Numbered from the stretch's first letter, positions 22,411 through 33,032 are shown. The stretch is 64,000 nt of DNA from Cyanobacteria bacterium P01_D01_bin.156 (GCA_039024555.1 JBCCQQ010000028.1:10798-74797), one strand, 5' to 3'. The notes: generated by a model not told the origin, from the sequence alone. Numbers and translations: made by a program.

Positions 22411-22657
22411 CCTTAATTACAGCAGGTTCAATTGCGATCGCAAACAGACTACTATCTTGAGCTGCTCCACCGAAAATGACTTCCCCAGCATGGGCAGTAA
22501 AAAAGCAGCTCCGGATACCATCCACAGTGCGACATAACGCTAATGTGCCTGAGTTCACCTGCCATGCTTGGTCGGGACCATTTAAATCCAGAATTTGATC
22601 TTGTTGGATGTGACACTCCGATAGGTTAGATAGCTGGAGTGAAGTACGCAGAGACAT
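22400..22657 (-). pseudogene. Probable N-terminal remnant of an NHLP/NHLM bacteriocin export ABC transporter subunit
   Basis: 85 aa 'LDLNGPDQAWQVNSGTLAL...RSCFFTAHAGEVIFG...LFAIAIE' resembles the cNMP-binding-like N-terminal domain of these long transporters; it stops inside the end of the convergent gene. From recognition only. Confidence 0.45.
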
Positions 22658-22898
22658 AAAACTATTGCCAATGATAATTATGGAGAGTCTTCTAGCATAG
22701 ACAAAACCGCTGGTAGACTGGGACAATTTCTCACTTATCTTAGGATTCCTCATCCAACGGAAAGATCGAACAAGGGGAAATATCCAAAAGCTTTTATCCT
22801 TACAGAAAGTTCCCTGATGTACAGGATTGAGATCATCGGCATCCAACACAGATCATCTGTAGGAGTTCTAACCATAACGGTCCATTGAGCTAACTCAT

Positions 22899-23951
22899 TT
22901 ACAGTGGCTGTACCTTCTCTATGCGGGGGGTCAAAGCTGATAAGGCAATGCCAGCTCGCTGTGCTGAGATCGCACCCACTACCTCCAAATAGGATGAAAC
23001 TTCGACCACATTTAGCCCCAGGGACTGAGCGCCCACCGCCAAAGCTGTCGTGTTATTCCCCACAGCAATAATTTGAGTGGCTGTTCCGCTGAGACTCAGG
23101 ACAGCACTACCCCCCAGGGCACTGGCCGGCACCACTAATGCATTTACATGATCAGACCGCATACTATCACTATCGGCCTGCAGCTTAAACTGGGGAGCCC
23201 GACTCAGCCCAGCTAATACACACGGCAAAAAGGTATAGCCAATTTCCTCCGCAGCCGAGCGGGGCGAAATTTTTGGGTCAAGGGGTAAAGGCTGGAGGGC
23301 CGGAGCATGGGCACAGGGTAGCTGAAATTCACGTACCACCAAGTGGCTAATTACGGCTTCAGCCCCCGCCAGGGGATCGACTCCCGACCCTTGACGGTAG
23401 GCCTGTAAGATATCACTGTCCTCATCATCGGGGAACCGGGCCACTACAGCAATGGCTGTACAGCCCGAATCTATAAGCTTAGCCACAGCTCGCAACAGAC
23501 TGTCAGGCCGAGTTAGAGTCCCCCAGGTGGCTGCTTGGGCCTGATTTAACTGCACCCCTAACGGGGCATCTGTGGTGACATAGCCCTTGATATCTAATCC
23601 CAAAGTAGCCCGTACTGCATCCACCGCTTGCAAATGTCGCCAGCGGAGGTCATCTTCTATCGCCTGATCTAGAACTAGGCCAATAGCATTTTGAGCCACG
23701 GGCTGTAGATGCCAGCGCCCTGCAGCAAACTGATCTAGACCGTAGCCTTCAACATAGTAAGCGTTGGCTAAGGGCCAGTACAGCTGTGCCCCATTCAACA
23801 CATTCGGATGGGTAATGAGCCGATCGGTTACGGCTGCGATCGCACGAGCAACCGGCAACGCATCTCCGGCATAGCCACCAATGGCAGCCCCCACCCCAGT
23901 CGGGACAATCATCATTGTGGTGTGGCAAGTACCACGGGAACCTACATTCAT
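22899..23951 (-). CDS. DUF3326 family protein
   Basis: 'IVPTGVGAAIGGYAGDA', 'THPNVLNGA', 'GVDPLAGAEAVISH', 'AAEEIGYTFLPCVL'. Confidence 0.88.
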   Translation of the reverse strand: MNVGSRGTCHTTMMIVPTGVGAAIGGYAGDALPVARAIAAVTDRLITHPNVLNGAQLYWPLANAYYVEGYGLDQFAAGRWHLQPVAQNAIGLVLDQAIEDDLRWRHLQAVDAVRATLGLDIKGYVTTDAPLGVQLNQAQAATWGTLTRPDSLLRAVAKLIDSGCTAIAVVARFPDDEDSDILQAYRQGSGVDPLAGAEAVISHLVVREFQLPCAHAPALQPLPLDPKISPRSAAEEIGYTFLPCVLAGLSRAPQFKLQADSDSMRSDHVNALVVPASALGGSAVLSLSGTATQIIAVGNNTTALAVGAQSLGLNVVEVSSYLEVVGAISAQRAGIALSALTPRIEKVQPL

Positions 23952-24157
23952 GACTGCTTGTTGTCAAAAAGAGTCACCACAGCCTCCACATGGGCCATAG
24001 CACCCTCCACGGAAGTAATGGCCCAGCGTAGAGGCTGGCCATGTGTTTGCAGCTGGGCCTCAATCAGGTCTCGCAATGCCGGACCTGTAGCCTGATCAAA
24101 CTCAATTTGGATTTGAACAAACCGAGTCGTAATCGACTGGCTAGGCTCTAATGACAT
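23948..24157 (-). CDS. Small conserved hypothetical protein
   Basis: 69 aa, 'GQPLRWAIT..AHVEAVVT'; 4-nt overlap with the DUF3326 gene. Confidence 0.7.
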   Translation of the reverse strand: MSLEPSQSITTRFVQIQIEFDQATGPALRDLIEAQLQTHGQPLRWAITSVEGAMAHVEAVVTLFDNKQS

Positions 24158-24348
24158 AGTAATTTTTCAAATTTACCACTCATGAAGGCTGAGCATAGGG
24201 GGTATCAACTTGAGATCAGCCATCTCCGCTAGGAATAAATTCGGAGGTCCGAAAGGGAACATATTCCGAGTTCCGAACAATAAACGTCGTGGAGATAGCG
24301 TCCTGGCTAGTATTAGGACCTGAGCAGAGCTCACAGTTATCCGTACAG

Positions 24349-24669
24349 CTACCCCTGAAACTGCCCAAACTGAGCCTGATAAACTTCGTCTTCTTTTTCA
24401 GTTTCTAGCTTGATATCTGAGGTGGGGTACGCAACGCATAGGAGAGCATATCCCTTATCCTGCAGCTCTTGGCTCACACCCATACCATCTTCTTGGGAAA
24501 CGGTTCCTTCTGTGATCAAAGCTGCACAGGTGGTACACACCCCTGCACTGCAAGATGTAGGCAAATCTAACCCAGCGTCTTGAGCCGCATCCAAGATAGT
24601 CGTGGTTTCATCCACTGTGATGGTTTGGGTGGACCCTTGATGATTAATTTCAACGGAATAGGTAGCCAT
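24349..24669 (-). CDS. [2Fe-2S] plant-type ferredoxin (Fed3/FdC1-like)
   Basis: 'LPTSCSAGVCTTCAA...ALLCVAYP...EKEDEVYQAQFG'; start MATYSV at 24669. Confidence 0.92.
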   Translation of the reverse strand: MATYSVEINHQGSTQTITVDETTTILDAAQDAGLDLPTSCSAGVCTTCAALITEGTVSQEDGMGVSQELQDKGYALLCVAYPTSDIKLETEKEDEVYQAQFGQFQG

Positions 24670-24762
24670 TTTGAAGATTGTTTTTGACAATTTTTTTGAA
24701 AGCGTTTTGGCTGGCAGCAGGCACAACCATTACGTGTTTGACGGTATGCATCAGCCTAGAAA

Positions 24763-24860
24763 ATGCCGCTGCTAAAAGTGGGATTGAGCGCTCCGTTAAC
24801 CCTGCCGTAGCCACCATACCTGCCAACACGGTCGAGGGTATGTGACTCGGCAGCAGCTGA
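24763..24860 (-). ncRNA. Putative structured RNA / 5' leader upstream of the ferredoxin
   Basis: Long imperfect hairpin CTGCCG-AGTCAC-ATACC..GGTAT-G-GTGGCT-A-CGGCAG (24802-24853), plus an alternative pairing GCTGCTG/TAGCAGC. Confidence 0.4.
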
Positions 24861-24909
24861 CTATTGGGGTGGACTCAAATAGCAACTCGCTAGTATTGCT
24901 CAGGCTATA

Positions 24910-25098
24910 TCAGCCTTGAGCCTGAGATTTTTCTTGAAATACGCGCTCAAACTCATCTAGTAAATCATCCATTTCTTCAAGCGCCTGGTTTACGTCAATA
25001 CGCAATGTGCCTAGGTTTGGCTGCTCCAGGAGTTGGACTAGAGATTCACGCTTGGCCCGAATTTGTTCAATCTGCGTTTTGAGGGCTTCTAAGGTCAT
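24910..25098 (-). CDS. Small coiled-coil hypothetical protein
   Basis: 'LEQPNLGTLRIDVNQALEEMDDLLDEF', a conserved-looking cyanobacterial small protein. Confidence 0.7.
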   Translation of the reverse strand: MTLEALKTQIEQIRAKRESLVQLLEQPNLGTLRIDVNQALEEMDDLLDEFERVFQEKSQAQG

Positions 25099-25296
25099 GG
25101 CACTGTGCTCTTTCACCGTCTACACCATCCAGAATAAGCAACTTTGGGTGCTCAAGGCTATGTTGAATAGTCAGAGTTAAGTCCAATCCCCTTTACTATG
25201 GATTAGGTAGGGCAGCGGCTTGGGCTCACTGTAGTCCTCATATCAAGTTAGCCGCTACTTCCACACACCACTGACGTTTTTAGACATTCCTTGTTC

Positions 25297-25854
25297 ATGC
25301 TGCGCAAAATTCCCCTTGGTGGTGTTTTACTGTCCGTTGGTTCTATTCTCACTCTGGTCGGTTTTGTAGCCTATTTTCGCGATATGGCGACCCTCAACCT
25401 GGCAGGTTTTTTCTACGGTATTCCCATCTTGCTAGGGGGAGCGGCCCTACGCGCTGCTGAGCTAGAACCCGTGCCTTACACCAAAGAGCCCAGCGATAGC
25501 ATTATTGAGCTCCGTGAGCAAACCGCCACCCAAACTCAAAACCAGGTACGCAAGGATGTGACACGCTACCGGTATGGTCAAGAGGCGCATCTGGATATTG
25601 CCCTAGAGCGTCTGGGACTTGCCCCCAATGACAGAGTGCGACCTGTACTCAGTGGGCTGCGCGAAGAGTTACGGGACGGCGCCTATGCGCTCATACTAGA
25701 GTTTGAATCTCCCTACATACCATTAGCCGACTGGCAAGAAAAGCACACCAAAATTGAAACGTTCTTTGGCCCCAATGTGCGAGCAGTATTGGAAAAGATG
25801 GCTGAGGACAAACTAGAGCTGGCATTGATTACCTCTTCTGGAACCAGCACTTAG
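25297..25854 (+). CDS. DUF2854 family protein
   Basis: 'LNLAGFFYGIPILLGG', 'DVTRYRYGQEAHLD', 'FFGP'. Confidence 0.85.
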   Translation: MLRKIPLGGVLLSVGSILTLVGFVAYFRDMATLNLAGFFYGIPILLGGAALRAAELEPVPYTKEPSDSIIELREQTATQTQNQVRKDVTRYRYGQEAHLDIALERLGLAPNDRVRPVLSGLREELRDGAYALILEFESPYIPLADWQEKHTKIETFFGPNVRAVLEKMAEDKLELALITSSGTST

Positions 25855-25857
25855 TCC

Positions 25858-26910
25858 ATGGCAACGATTGCTGTTGTTGGGGCTGGCATTGCGGGACTGA
25901 CCTGTGGTCAACGGTTGCGGACAGCTGGACATGAAGTAATTTGGCTAGAAAAGTCACGAGGTGTTGGGGGCCGTATGGCCACTCGCCGTTTGGGAGATGG
26001 GGCATGGGCAGACCATGGTTTACGCCAATGGCCCACCGAGGCCCCTCAACTACACGAGTTGACCAATGACTTAAAACAAGAGAGGCTTTTAGTGCCCTGG
26101 TCGGCCCAAAGCTTCCTATGGCAGGGGCAGCTCGAACCTCAACCTGGGGAAGTTTATTGTTCGGCGTCTGGGATTAATGCGATCGCAAAGCATCTAGCTC
26201 AAGGTGCCAACATTCAACGGCAGCAACAAGTCACTGCTCTAATCAAGACCAACAGTGGCTGGCGGCTTACCACTCATACCCCTGACAATCAGACGCATCA
26301 CGTCGATACCGATGCTGTAGTCTTGGCAATTCCTGCACCTCAGGCTCATCCACTGCTGTCACCGTTTCTGGATAGAAACCTATCTGCTGCCCTCAGCGCG
26401 GTGAGCTATGCTGCTTGTTTAAGCCTCATGGCTACTTACCGTGATCTGCCCAATTTGCCCAAGCTAGATCATGCTAGAGGATGGCACATCACCACAAAAA
26501 AACCTGCGATCGCTTGGGTTTCCCTAGAAAGTAGCAAGCCTAAGATTTCTCCTGAAACCTATGTATTAGTCATTCAAAGTCAGGCTGAGTTTGCATCTGA
26601 CTACCTGAAACAATTAGACGCTATCCCAGAAGACCAGGCTGCTCTAGACCAGCTACAGAACACTACGACAGCTCAGCTGTTAGAAGCTACCACTAAGATT
26701 CTTCCTGGACTCGGCCAGCCAGCCACACATCGTCTACAACGCTGGCGTTACAGCACTGTTAGCCACCCTTACCCCAATGCATTGCTGAAAACATCATGGG
26801 ACAGCCTAGTAGGTTGTGGAGATTGGTGCGGTTCTCGTCAAACCAGCTTAGAAAATGCCTACACATCTGGTATTGCCGCCGCCGAGCATATCCGTCACGT
26901 TATCGCTTAA
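25858..26910 (+). CDS. Renalase-like NAD(P)/FAD-dependent oxidoreductase
   Basis: 'IAVVGAGIAGL', 'EKSRGVGGRMATRR', 'QRWRYS', 'CGDWC'. Confidence 0.9.
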   Translation: MATIAVVGAGIAGLTCGQRLRTAGHEVIWLEKSRGVGGRMATRRLGDGAWADHGLRQWPTEAPQLHELTNDLKQERLLVPWSAQSFLWQGQLEPQPGEVYCSASGINAIAKHLAQGANIQRQQQVTALIKTNSGWRLTTHTPDNQTHHVDTDAVVLAIPAPQAHPLLSPFLDRNLSAALSAVSYAACLSLMATYRDLPNLPKLDHARGWHITTKKPAIAWVSLESSKPKISPETYVLVIQSQAEFASDYLKQLDAIPEDQAALDQLQNTTTAQLLEATTKILPGLGQPATHRLQRWRYSTVSHPYPNALLKTSWDSLVGCGDWCGSRQTSLENAYTSGIAAAEHIRHVIA

Positions 26911-27722
26911 GTACTAACAATCCCAGACCATTGCACCTGCTTTAATTTAGTGCGGCGATAGGAGAAAAAGTGGTTAGGTTCTTGGTAGGTGCAATGGGGT
27001 GCAATAGAGATTTGCTCAGACGAGAGACCCAATTGCACCAATTGCATCTGATTAATTCGACGCACATCCAATCGCACACGCCCCGGCTCTGTATCTGGCA
27101 GCAAAGGAGAATTATCCAGAGATAGTAACTGAGACACAACAGCCTCAGCAGATAGTGTCTCGGCTTGCTCCAGTACACTTTTCCCAATTTCAGCCGCTAC
27201 ATCTTCACCCACTTGATACACCTCACCAGCAATAGCCGGTCCCAACAATACCCTTAAATTTGACAGTAGAGACCCCTGAGCTTGCAGTTTACCGATAGCC
27301 ACTGGCACAATTTTTCGAGCAGTGCCACGCCAGCCCGCATGGACCGCGGCCACCTGTCCTGTTGTTTGGTCAGCAATCAGGGCAGGAGTGCAGTCTGCTG
27401 TACAGACCCATGCAGCCTGCCCTGCTCTATCACTAAAACAACCATCGGCATGGGGGCGCTGGATCGATTCTTCTGCAGCCGGGAGACGGTTACCGCTAAC
27501 CACCAGCATCCTAGTACCAGCTTGAATATCCGTTGACCCCAGCACCACATTGCCATGGACCTGTTTCGTTCTCAGGACATCAGCCGATGAGCTGAGAGCC
27601 CCCGTCAATGTCTCCGGTCGCTGAGGAGCAAAAGCGGACGTGAAAAACCCATGGGGTTGAGTGACGAGATCGCAGGTTAAGTAAGACTTCCCCCGCCAGG
27701 TTTGCCAAGTCCAGTTGTGCAT
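26907..27722 (-). CDS. pgeF: Peptidoglycan editing factor PgeF (YfiH/laccase domain)
   Basis: 'KQVHG', 'TADCTP', 'AVHAGWRG', 'FFSYRR'. Confidence 0.9.
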   Translation of the reverse strand: MHNWTWQTWRGKSYLTCDLVTQPHGFFTSAFAPQRPETLTGALSSSADVLRTKQVHGNVVLGSTDIQAGTRMLVVSGNRLPAAEESIQRPHADGCFSDRAGQAAWVCTADCTPALIADQTTGQVAAVHAGWRGTARKIVPVAIGKLQAQGSLLSNLRVLLGPAIAGEVYQVGEDVAAEIGKSVLEQAETLSAEAVVSQLLSLDNSPLLPDTEPGRVRLDVRRINQMQLVQLGLSSEQISIAPHCTYQEPNHFFSYRRTKLKQVQWSGIVST

Positions 27723-27750
27723 AGTGACGCCGATGATAGAGAGGAACAGA

Positions 27751-29415
27751 TTAAGACTGACACGCTACCAGCTTAGCTTTTGCTTGCGTTCGCAACTTAA
27801 GTAAGCCATATTCTAGACCTTCGACCACTGCCTGGTAGGACGCCTCTAGAATGTTGGAAGATAGCCCCACCGTTGTCCAACGACGTTCTCCATCGCTAAA
27901 TTCCACCAGAACACGAGTTTTTGCGCGAGTACCGGCAGCGCTATCGAGAATTCGAACTTTGTAGTCTGTCAGATAAAAACGCTCTAACTCAGGATAAAAC
28001 TGCTCTAGAGCCTTGCGTAGGGCATGGTCCAATGCTTCCACAGGGCCATTACCTTCAGCAGAATGCAGCAGATTTTTACCATCCACGGCTACTTTTACAG
28101 TTGCCAAAGAATGACTAGCCAGTGAAAAATCAGGAGTGCGGTCAATACTGTTGCCACTGTGAGACATCCGCTCACAGTGCACCTGAAAGCCTTGCACTTC
28201 AAACATAATAGGCCGTTGGTCGAGAGCTTCTCGCATCAGTAATTCAAAACTAGCTTCTGCAGCTTCGAACTGATACCCTTCATCCTCTAAACGCTTCAAA
28301 CGATTTAACAGCTCTCGCGACGTTGGATGAGTACGCTCTAAGTTCAGACCAAAGCTACGGGCTTTAGCCATAATGTTGCTGAGACCTGATTGGTCCGAAA
28401 TAACAATTCGGCGTAGATTGCCAATCTGACTGGGCTCAATATGCTCGTAAGTTTTAGGGTTACGCTCAACTGCACTCACGTGAATTCCCCCCTTATGGGC
28501 AAACGCAGACAGCCCCACATAGGGGGCATGATCGTCCGGAGCTAAATTCACCACTTCGCTGATATAGCGACTAGTAGCTGTAAGCGTCTCTAGCTTATGA
28601 CTAGACAAGCAGCCATAACCCAGCTTCAGCTGCAAATTGGGAATTAATGAGCACAGATTCGCATTGCCACAACGCTCTCCATAGCCGTTAATAGTGCCCT
28701 GTACCATTGTCGCCCCTTCCAGAACCGCGTTGAGGGCATTGGCTACAGCTAAAGCCGCATCATTGTGGGTATGGATCCCTAACTGAGGAGGATTATCAAC
28801 ATTGAGAGTCACTAACCACTGACTAACCGTACGCACAATATCCGTAATTTGGTGGGGTAGCATTCCTCCATTGGTGTCACATAGGACAATCCATTCAGCC
28901 CCAGCACGAATGGCCGCTTCTAGCGTTTGTACAGCATAGGTGGGATTATTCAGATAGCCATCAAACCAATGTTCTGCGTCATAAATCACCCGTCGACCTT
29001 GCTGTTTCAGATAGGTGACAGAATCGTAAATCATTGCCAGATTTTCACGCAGATCCGTCTTTAGACCTTCGGTGACATGCAGGTCCCAGGATTTCCCGAA
29101 CAGGGTAATCCAATTGGTCCTCGCAGCTAATGCTGCGGCTAGAGTGACATCTTCTGCAGCCACACTATGAGGTCGTCGAGTCGAACAAAACGCCACAACC
29201 TCTGCTTGCTGGAGGGGTTGCTGCTGTAACTGTGTAAAAAACTGACCATCCTTGGGGTTGGCTCCTGGCCATCCACCTTCGATAAAGGGAATGCCTAAAT
29301 CATCTAGCCGTCGCGCAATACTGAGCTTATCCTCAACGGATAGGGCCAGCCCCTCACGTTGGGCACCGTCGCGCAGAGTAGTATCGTAAATCCAAAGCCG
29401 AGTATGGGGAGGCAT
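27751..29415 (-). CDS. cimA: Citramalate synthase (LeuA family)
   Basis: 'YDTTLRDGAQREG', 'IEGGWPGANPKD', 'DAEHWFDG', 'SAFAHKGGIH', 'LTDYKVRI'. Confidence 0.9.
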   Translation of the reverse strand: MPPHTRLWIYDTTLRDGAQREGLALSVEDKLSIARRLDDLGIPFIEGGWPGANPKDGQFFTQLQQQPLQQAEVVAFCSTRRPHSVAAEDVTLAAALAARTNWITLFGKSWDLHVTEGLKTDLRENLAMIYDSVTYLKQQGRRVIYDAEHWFDGYLNNPTYAVQTLEAAIRAGAEWIVLCDTNGGMLPHQITDIVRTVSQWLVTLNVDNPPQLGIHTHNDAALAVANALNAVLEGATMVQGTINGYGERCGNANLCSLIPNLQLKLGYGCLSSHKLETLTATSRYISEVVNLAPDDHAPYVGLSAFAHKGGIHVSAVERNPKTYEHIEPSQIGNLRRIVISDQSGLSNIMAKARSFGLNLERTHPTSRELLNRLKRLEDEGYQFEAAEASFELLMREALDQRPIMFEVQGFQVHCERMSHSGNSIDRTPDFSLASHSLATVKVAVDGKNLLHSAEGNGPVEALDHALRKALEQFYPELERFYLTDYKVRILDSAAGTRAKTRVLVEFSDGERRWTTVGLSSNILEASYQAVVEGLEYGLLKLRTQAKAKLVACQS

Positions 29416-29838
29416 AACAACAGAGACACAGTAGGTGTTGAAACTAAATCCTGAAAAGTCAAATGGAATAATGCTGCCTGTGGTAAATGCTGAGATGCCG
29501 ATCACGACATCGGTTTATCGGCATGACAAACCTAAAACTCAAATGTGAAGACCCTGTGTACTGAGTTTAGACCTTAGATGAAGGTCTTCACAAGCTTTCC
29601 CTAGAGAATGTTCCAAGTGAAGCAGACTAAAATACTCTGCAATACATCAGACACAGAATCCAGAAGTTTAGGATTTGAACCACAAACGCACTTCGCGCTA
29701 TTAGACCATTCCCGGCCTGAGCATTAGAGAAAAGTCACAAAACCTTAAGGTAGCCTCGCCATACTCAGACCCCGCAGATAACAGTGTGCACACTTTCGAA
29801 AACTAACAACGCTCCATTATTCGTCACGTCATATAAAT

Positions 29839-29866
29839 TGTTATGGGTGAAATGTTATGGGTGAAA
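29839..29866. repeat. 14-bp tandem duplication TGTTATGGGTGAAA x2
   Basis: Exact adjacent copies at 29839-29852 and 29853-29866. Confidence 0.85.
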
Positions 29867-29936
29867 CACACAGCCTAGGCTCTTGATATGTCAAGAGAAA
29901 TCTACGAATTAGTTCAACTTTTACCTAACGAGACCT

Positions 29937-30263
29937 ATGCCCACTGTCACTGCTCAAGGCAAAACCGTTGAATGTCCGGTTGGCGCTAACCTACGGCAGG
30001 TTTTGCTAGACCATGATTTTGCCCTATACAACGGCAACGCAAAATGGATCAATTGCCGTGGCATCGGGAGCTGCGGCACCTGTGCTGTACAGATTGAAGG
30101 AGAAGTATCCTCTGCTAACTGGAAAGATATAGGGCGCCGATCCTTACCCCCCCACAATCCTGAGCGCACCCTACGGTTAGCTTGTCAGACCAAGGTTCTG
30201 GGCAATATTACTGTGACCAAATACGATCAGTTTTGGGGACAGGGAGTTACAAAAATCTGGTGA
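29937..30263 (+). CDS. [2Fe-2S] ferredoxin-like protein
   Basis: 'NCRGIGSCGTCAV...RLACQT'. Confidence 0.88.
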   Translation: MPTVTAQGKTVECPVGANLRQVLLDHDFALYNGNAKWINCRGIGSCGTCAVQIEGEVSSANWKDIGRRSLPPHNPERTLRLACQTKVLGNITVTKYDQFWGQGVTKIW

Positions 30264-30422
30264 GGCATTAACGTTGAGAGCCAAAGTTGTTAGAGTTAAT
30301 GTCGCTGTTGCAGCATTGCGGATTCGCATTATCATGACATCGACAAGATCTTCGAATATGGCGTGTCTTGCAGATTGGTAAATTCTCCAAGTCAAAGGCG
30401 TTAGCAAGGAGTTGATCGGAGT

Positions 30423-30848
30423 ATGAATAAGTTTGTTTTAGGTGGAATTTTAGCTGTTATTTCATTGCTCGCTATTTATGGGGCCAGTGCATCCAATCGT
30501 GTCACCTCCTGGATGGATGGCAGTCGTCCCTCCCCAGCGCCCACCGATACGGAGAAAACCTTAACTCCGCCAGACGATTCATTCATAGCATTGACGCCAA
30601 CCAATGCCGAACGTGCTGATGTGAATATAGACGATATGACCCCCTTGGAAAAAGCGGGCACGCTACCCCAGCGCCAAACGATTGGTGTTACTCCTAATTT
30701 TGGGGGAACTGACGACACCGAAGGAGGAGTTATTGAGCCGAACCCATCAGCTGCTGATTCAGAAAATAACACAGCTAACAATAACCAAACTAATCAAACC
30801 AATCAGAATCCAACTCCTGATTCAGGAGCCATTCGAGCCCTGTGGTAA
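30423..30848 (+). CDS. Hypothetical exported protein, low complexity, ends in RALW
   Basis: N-terminal hydrophobic signal; Pro/Thr/Asn-rich body; RBS AGGAG upstream. Confidence 0.7.
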   Translation: MNKFVLGGILAVISLLAIYGASASNRVTSWMDGSRPSPAPTDTEKTLTPPDDSFIALTPTNAERADVNIDDMTPLEKAGTLPQRQTIGVTPNFGGTDDTEGGVIEPNPSAADSENNTANNNQTNQTNQNPTPDSGAIRALW

Positions 30849-31010
30849 GGCCCCTAACCAGGAGAATTAGTTGACCTCGAGATGACTTGTTTTTGAGATT
30901 CTGACGCAGTTTTTTGGACACACCCTCTCCCAAATAGATAACTATCGACGACAGCGGGCTTTACACTAAACAGAGAGAATTATTTGGCAAAACGGCAATC
31001 GTAGAGGTTT

Positions 31011-33032
31011 ATGGGGCAGGCAGATGTACTGGTAATTGGTGGTGGCCTGATTGGCCTAGCGATCGCAATCGAACTTCGGCAGCGGGGAGCAACTGTTACC
31101 GTACTGAGCCGCAACTTTGAGGCGGCCGCTGGCCACGCAGCCGCAGGGATGCTGGCACCCCAGGCAGAAAACCTAACAGGTCCGTTGCGGGAACTGAGCG
31201 ATCGCAGTTTAGCCTTATATCCAGAATGGAACCGTAAACTTGAAGAACTGACAGGTCAGGACACAGGTTACTGGCCCTGTGGCATTTTGGCACCTGTTTT
31301 TTCATCGGGAACCATCGGACAGAACTGTCTGAGTCAAGCGGCTATCCATAGCTATCAGCCCTATTTAAATCCAGAGGTGACAGGCGGATATTGGTATCCA
31401 TCTGAAGGACAAGCAGATAGCCGAGCGCTGATTAAGGCATTGCGTGTCACTGCCCAAGAATTAGGAGTCACGATCCAAGAGGGCGTGAGTGCCCATGCAT
31501 TTTTACAACACCATCAACAGGTTCAAGGAGTACTCACCACCAGCGGCCAACAGCAAGCTGGACACTACGTTTTAGCAACCGGAGCCTGGTCTAGTGAGTT
31601 ATTACCTGTCCCTGTAAAGCCTCGTAAGGGTCAGATGGCAAGCCTGCTGACGCCCTCCAACTCTGCCTACCAACTCAACCGAGTGCTTTTTGGAGAACAT
31701 ATTTATATTGTGCCGCGTAAAGATGGACGCATTGTGTTGGGTGCCACGAGTGAAGATGTGGGATTTGCTCCCCACAACACGGCAGCGGGGGTTCATCAAC
31801 TCCTACAGTCAGCAGTACAGCTTTATCCTCCACTGGCTAACTTTCCATTGCAAGAATGTTGGTGGGGCTATCGTCCTACCACGCCTGATGAGTTGCCAAT
31901 CTTAGGCCCGAGCCACTGTGACAACCTCACCCTAGCAACAGGACACCATCGCAACGGTGTCCTCCTCACACCCATCACTGCACAATTGATCGCTGATTCC
32001 CTAGAAGGCAAACCAGATACCCTTATCAACTCCTTCCATTGGCAACGGTTTACAGAAATACAACAACCCAATGGACCTACAGATCTCAATCCTATCAATG
32101 CTGTTGCTGCTGCAGAAAATCAGAACGGGGGTTCTCTAAACTCAACCCAAACGACAGGATCAAATCAAGCTCAATCCTTTGCCACTCCAACTTCTTCTAA
32201 TTCCATGCAAACTCTGTCTGCTCCTCCCACTGTTCAAAGTGATGATGCCTTGGTCATTGCTGGCCGTTCATTCTCATCTCGTTTGATGACAGGCACCGGT
32301 AAATTCGACAACTTTGATACGATGCGAGCTAGCTTAGCTGCCAGCGGTAGTCAGATTGTCACTGTAGCCGTGCGACGTGTTCAAACCAACGCCCCTGGCC
32401 ATGAAGGGTTAGCTCAGGCTCTGGATTGGACAAAAATTTGGATGTTGCCTAATACAGCAGGTTGCACTAACGCAGAAGAAGCCATACGAGTTGCCCGTCT
32501 AGGGAGAGAGATGGCAAAACTGTTAGGTCAAGAAGACAACAATTTTATTAAATTAGAGGTCATCCCCGATGCCAAGTATCTGTTACCCGATCCCATTGGC
32601 ACCTTGCAGGCAGCAGAACAACTCGTAAAAGAAGGATTTGCCGTCCTTCCCTATGTCAACGCCGATCCTATTCTAGCCAAACATCTAGAAGAAGCGGGGT
32701 GTGCAACTGTCATGCCCCTCGGATCTCCGATTGGCTCCGGTCAGGGTATACGCAACGCAGCAAATATTCAGATTATTGTTGAAAATGCCAATATTCCAGT
32801 TGTCGTGGATGCGGGTATTGGCAGCCCTAGCGAAGCTGCAGAGTCCATGGAACTCGGGGCCGATGCACTGTTGATTAATACTGCGATCGCAAAAGCCCAA
32901 GATCCCATAAAGATGGGTCGAGCCATGGGCCTTGCCACCGAAGCCGGCCGTTTAGCCTACCTAGCCGGGCGTATTCCAGTCAAAGGCTATGCCAGCGCTA
33001 GTTCTCCTCTAACCGGTACAATCACTAGTTAG
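31011..33032 (+). CDS. thiO-thiG: Fused glycine oxidase ThiO / thiazole synthase ThiG
   Basis: N-terminal 'VIGGGLIG...AAAGMLAP...[11 protein letters not shown]' (ThiO); C-terminal '[10 protein letters not shown]', 'LPNTAGC', 'KLEVI', '[13 protein letters not shown]' (ThiG). Confidence 0.95.
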   Translation: MGQADVLVIGGGLIGLAIAIELRQRGATVTVLSRNFEAAAGHAAAGMLAPQAENLTGPLRELSDRSLALYPEWNRKLEELTGQDTGYWPCGILAPVFSSGTIGQNCLSQAAIHSYQPYLNPEVTGGYWYPSEGQADSRALIKALRVTAQELGVTIQEGVSAHAFLQHHQQVQGVLTTSGQQQAGHYVLATGAWSSELLPVPVKPRKGQMASLLTPSNSAYQLNRVLFGEHIYIVPRKDGRIVLGATSEDVGFAPHNTAAGVHQLLQSAVQLYPPLANFPLQECWWGYRPTTPDELPILGPSHCDNLTLATGHHRNGVLLTPITAQLIADSLEGKPDTLINSFHWQRFTEIQQPNGPTDLNPINAVAAAENQNGGSLNSTQTTGSNQAQSFATPTSSNSMQTLSAPPTVQSDDALVIAGRSFSSRLMTGTGKFDNFDTMRASLAASGSQIVTVAVRRVQTNAPGHEGLAQALDWTKIWMLPNTAGCTNAEEAIRVARLGREMAKLLGQEDNNFIKLEVIPDAKYLLPDPIGTLQAAEQLVKEGFAVLPYVNADPILAKHLEEAGCATVMPLGSPIGSGQGIRNAANIQIIVENANIPVVVDAGIGSPSEAAESMELGADALLINTAIAKAQDPIKMGRAMGLATEAGRLAYLAGRIPVKGYASASSPLTGTITS

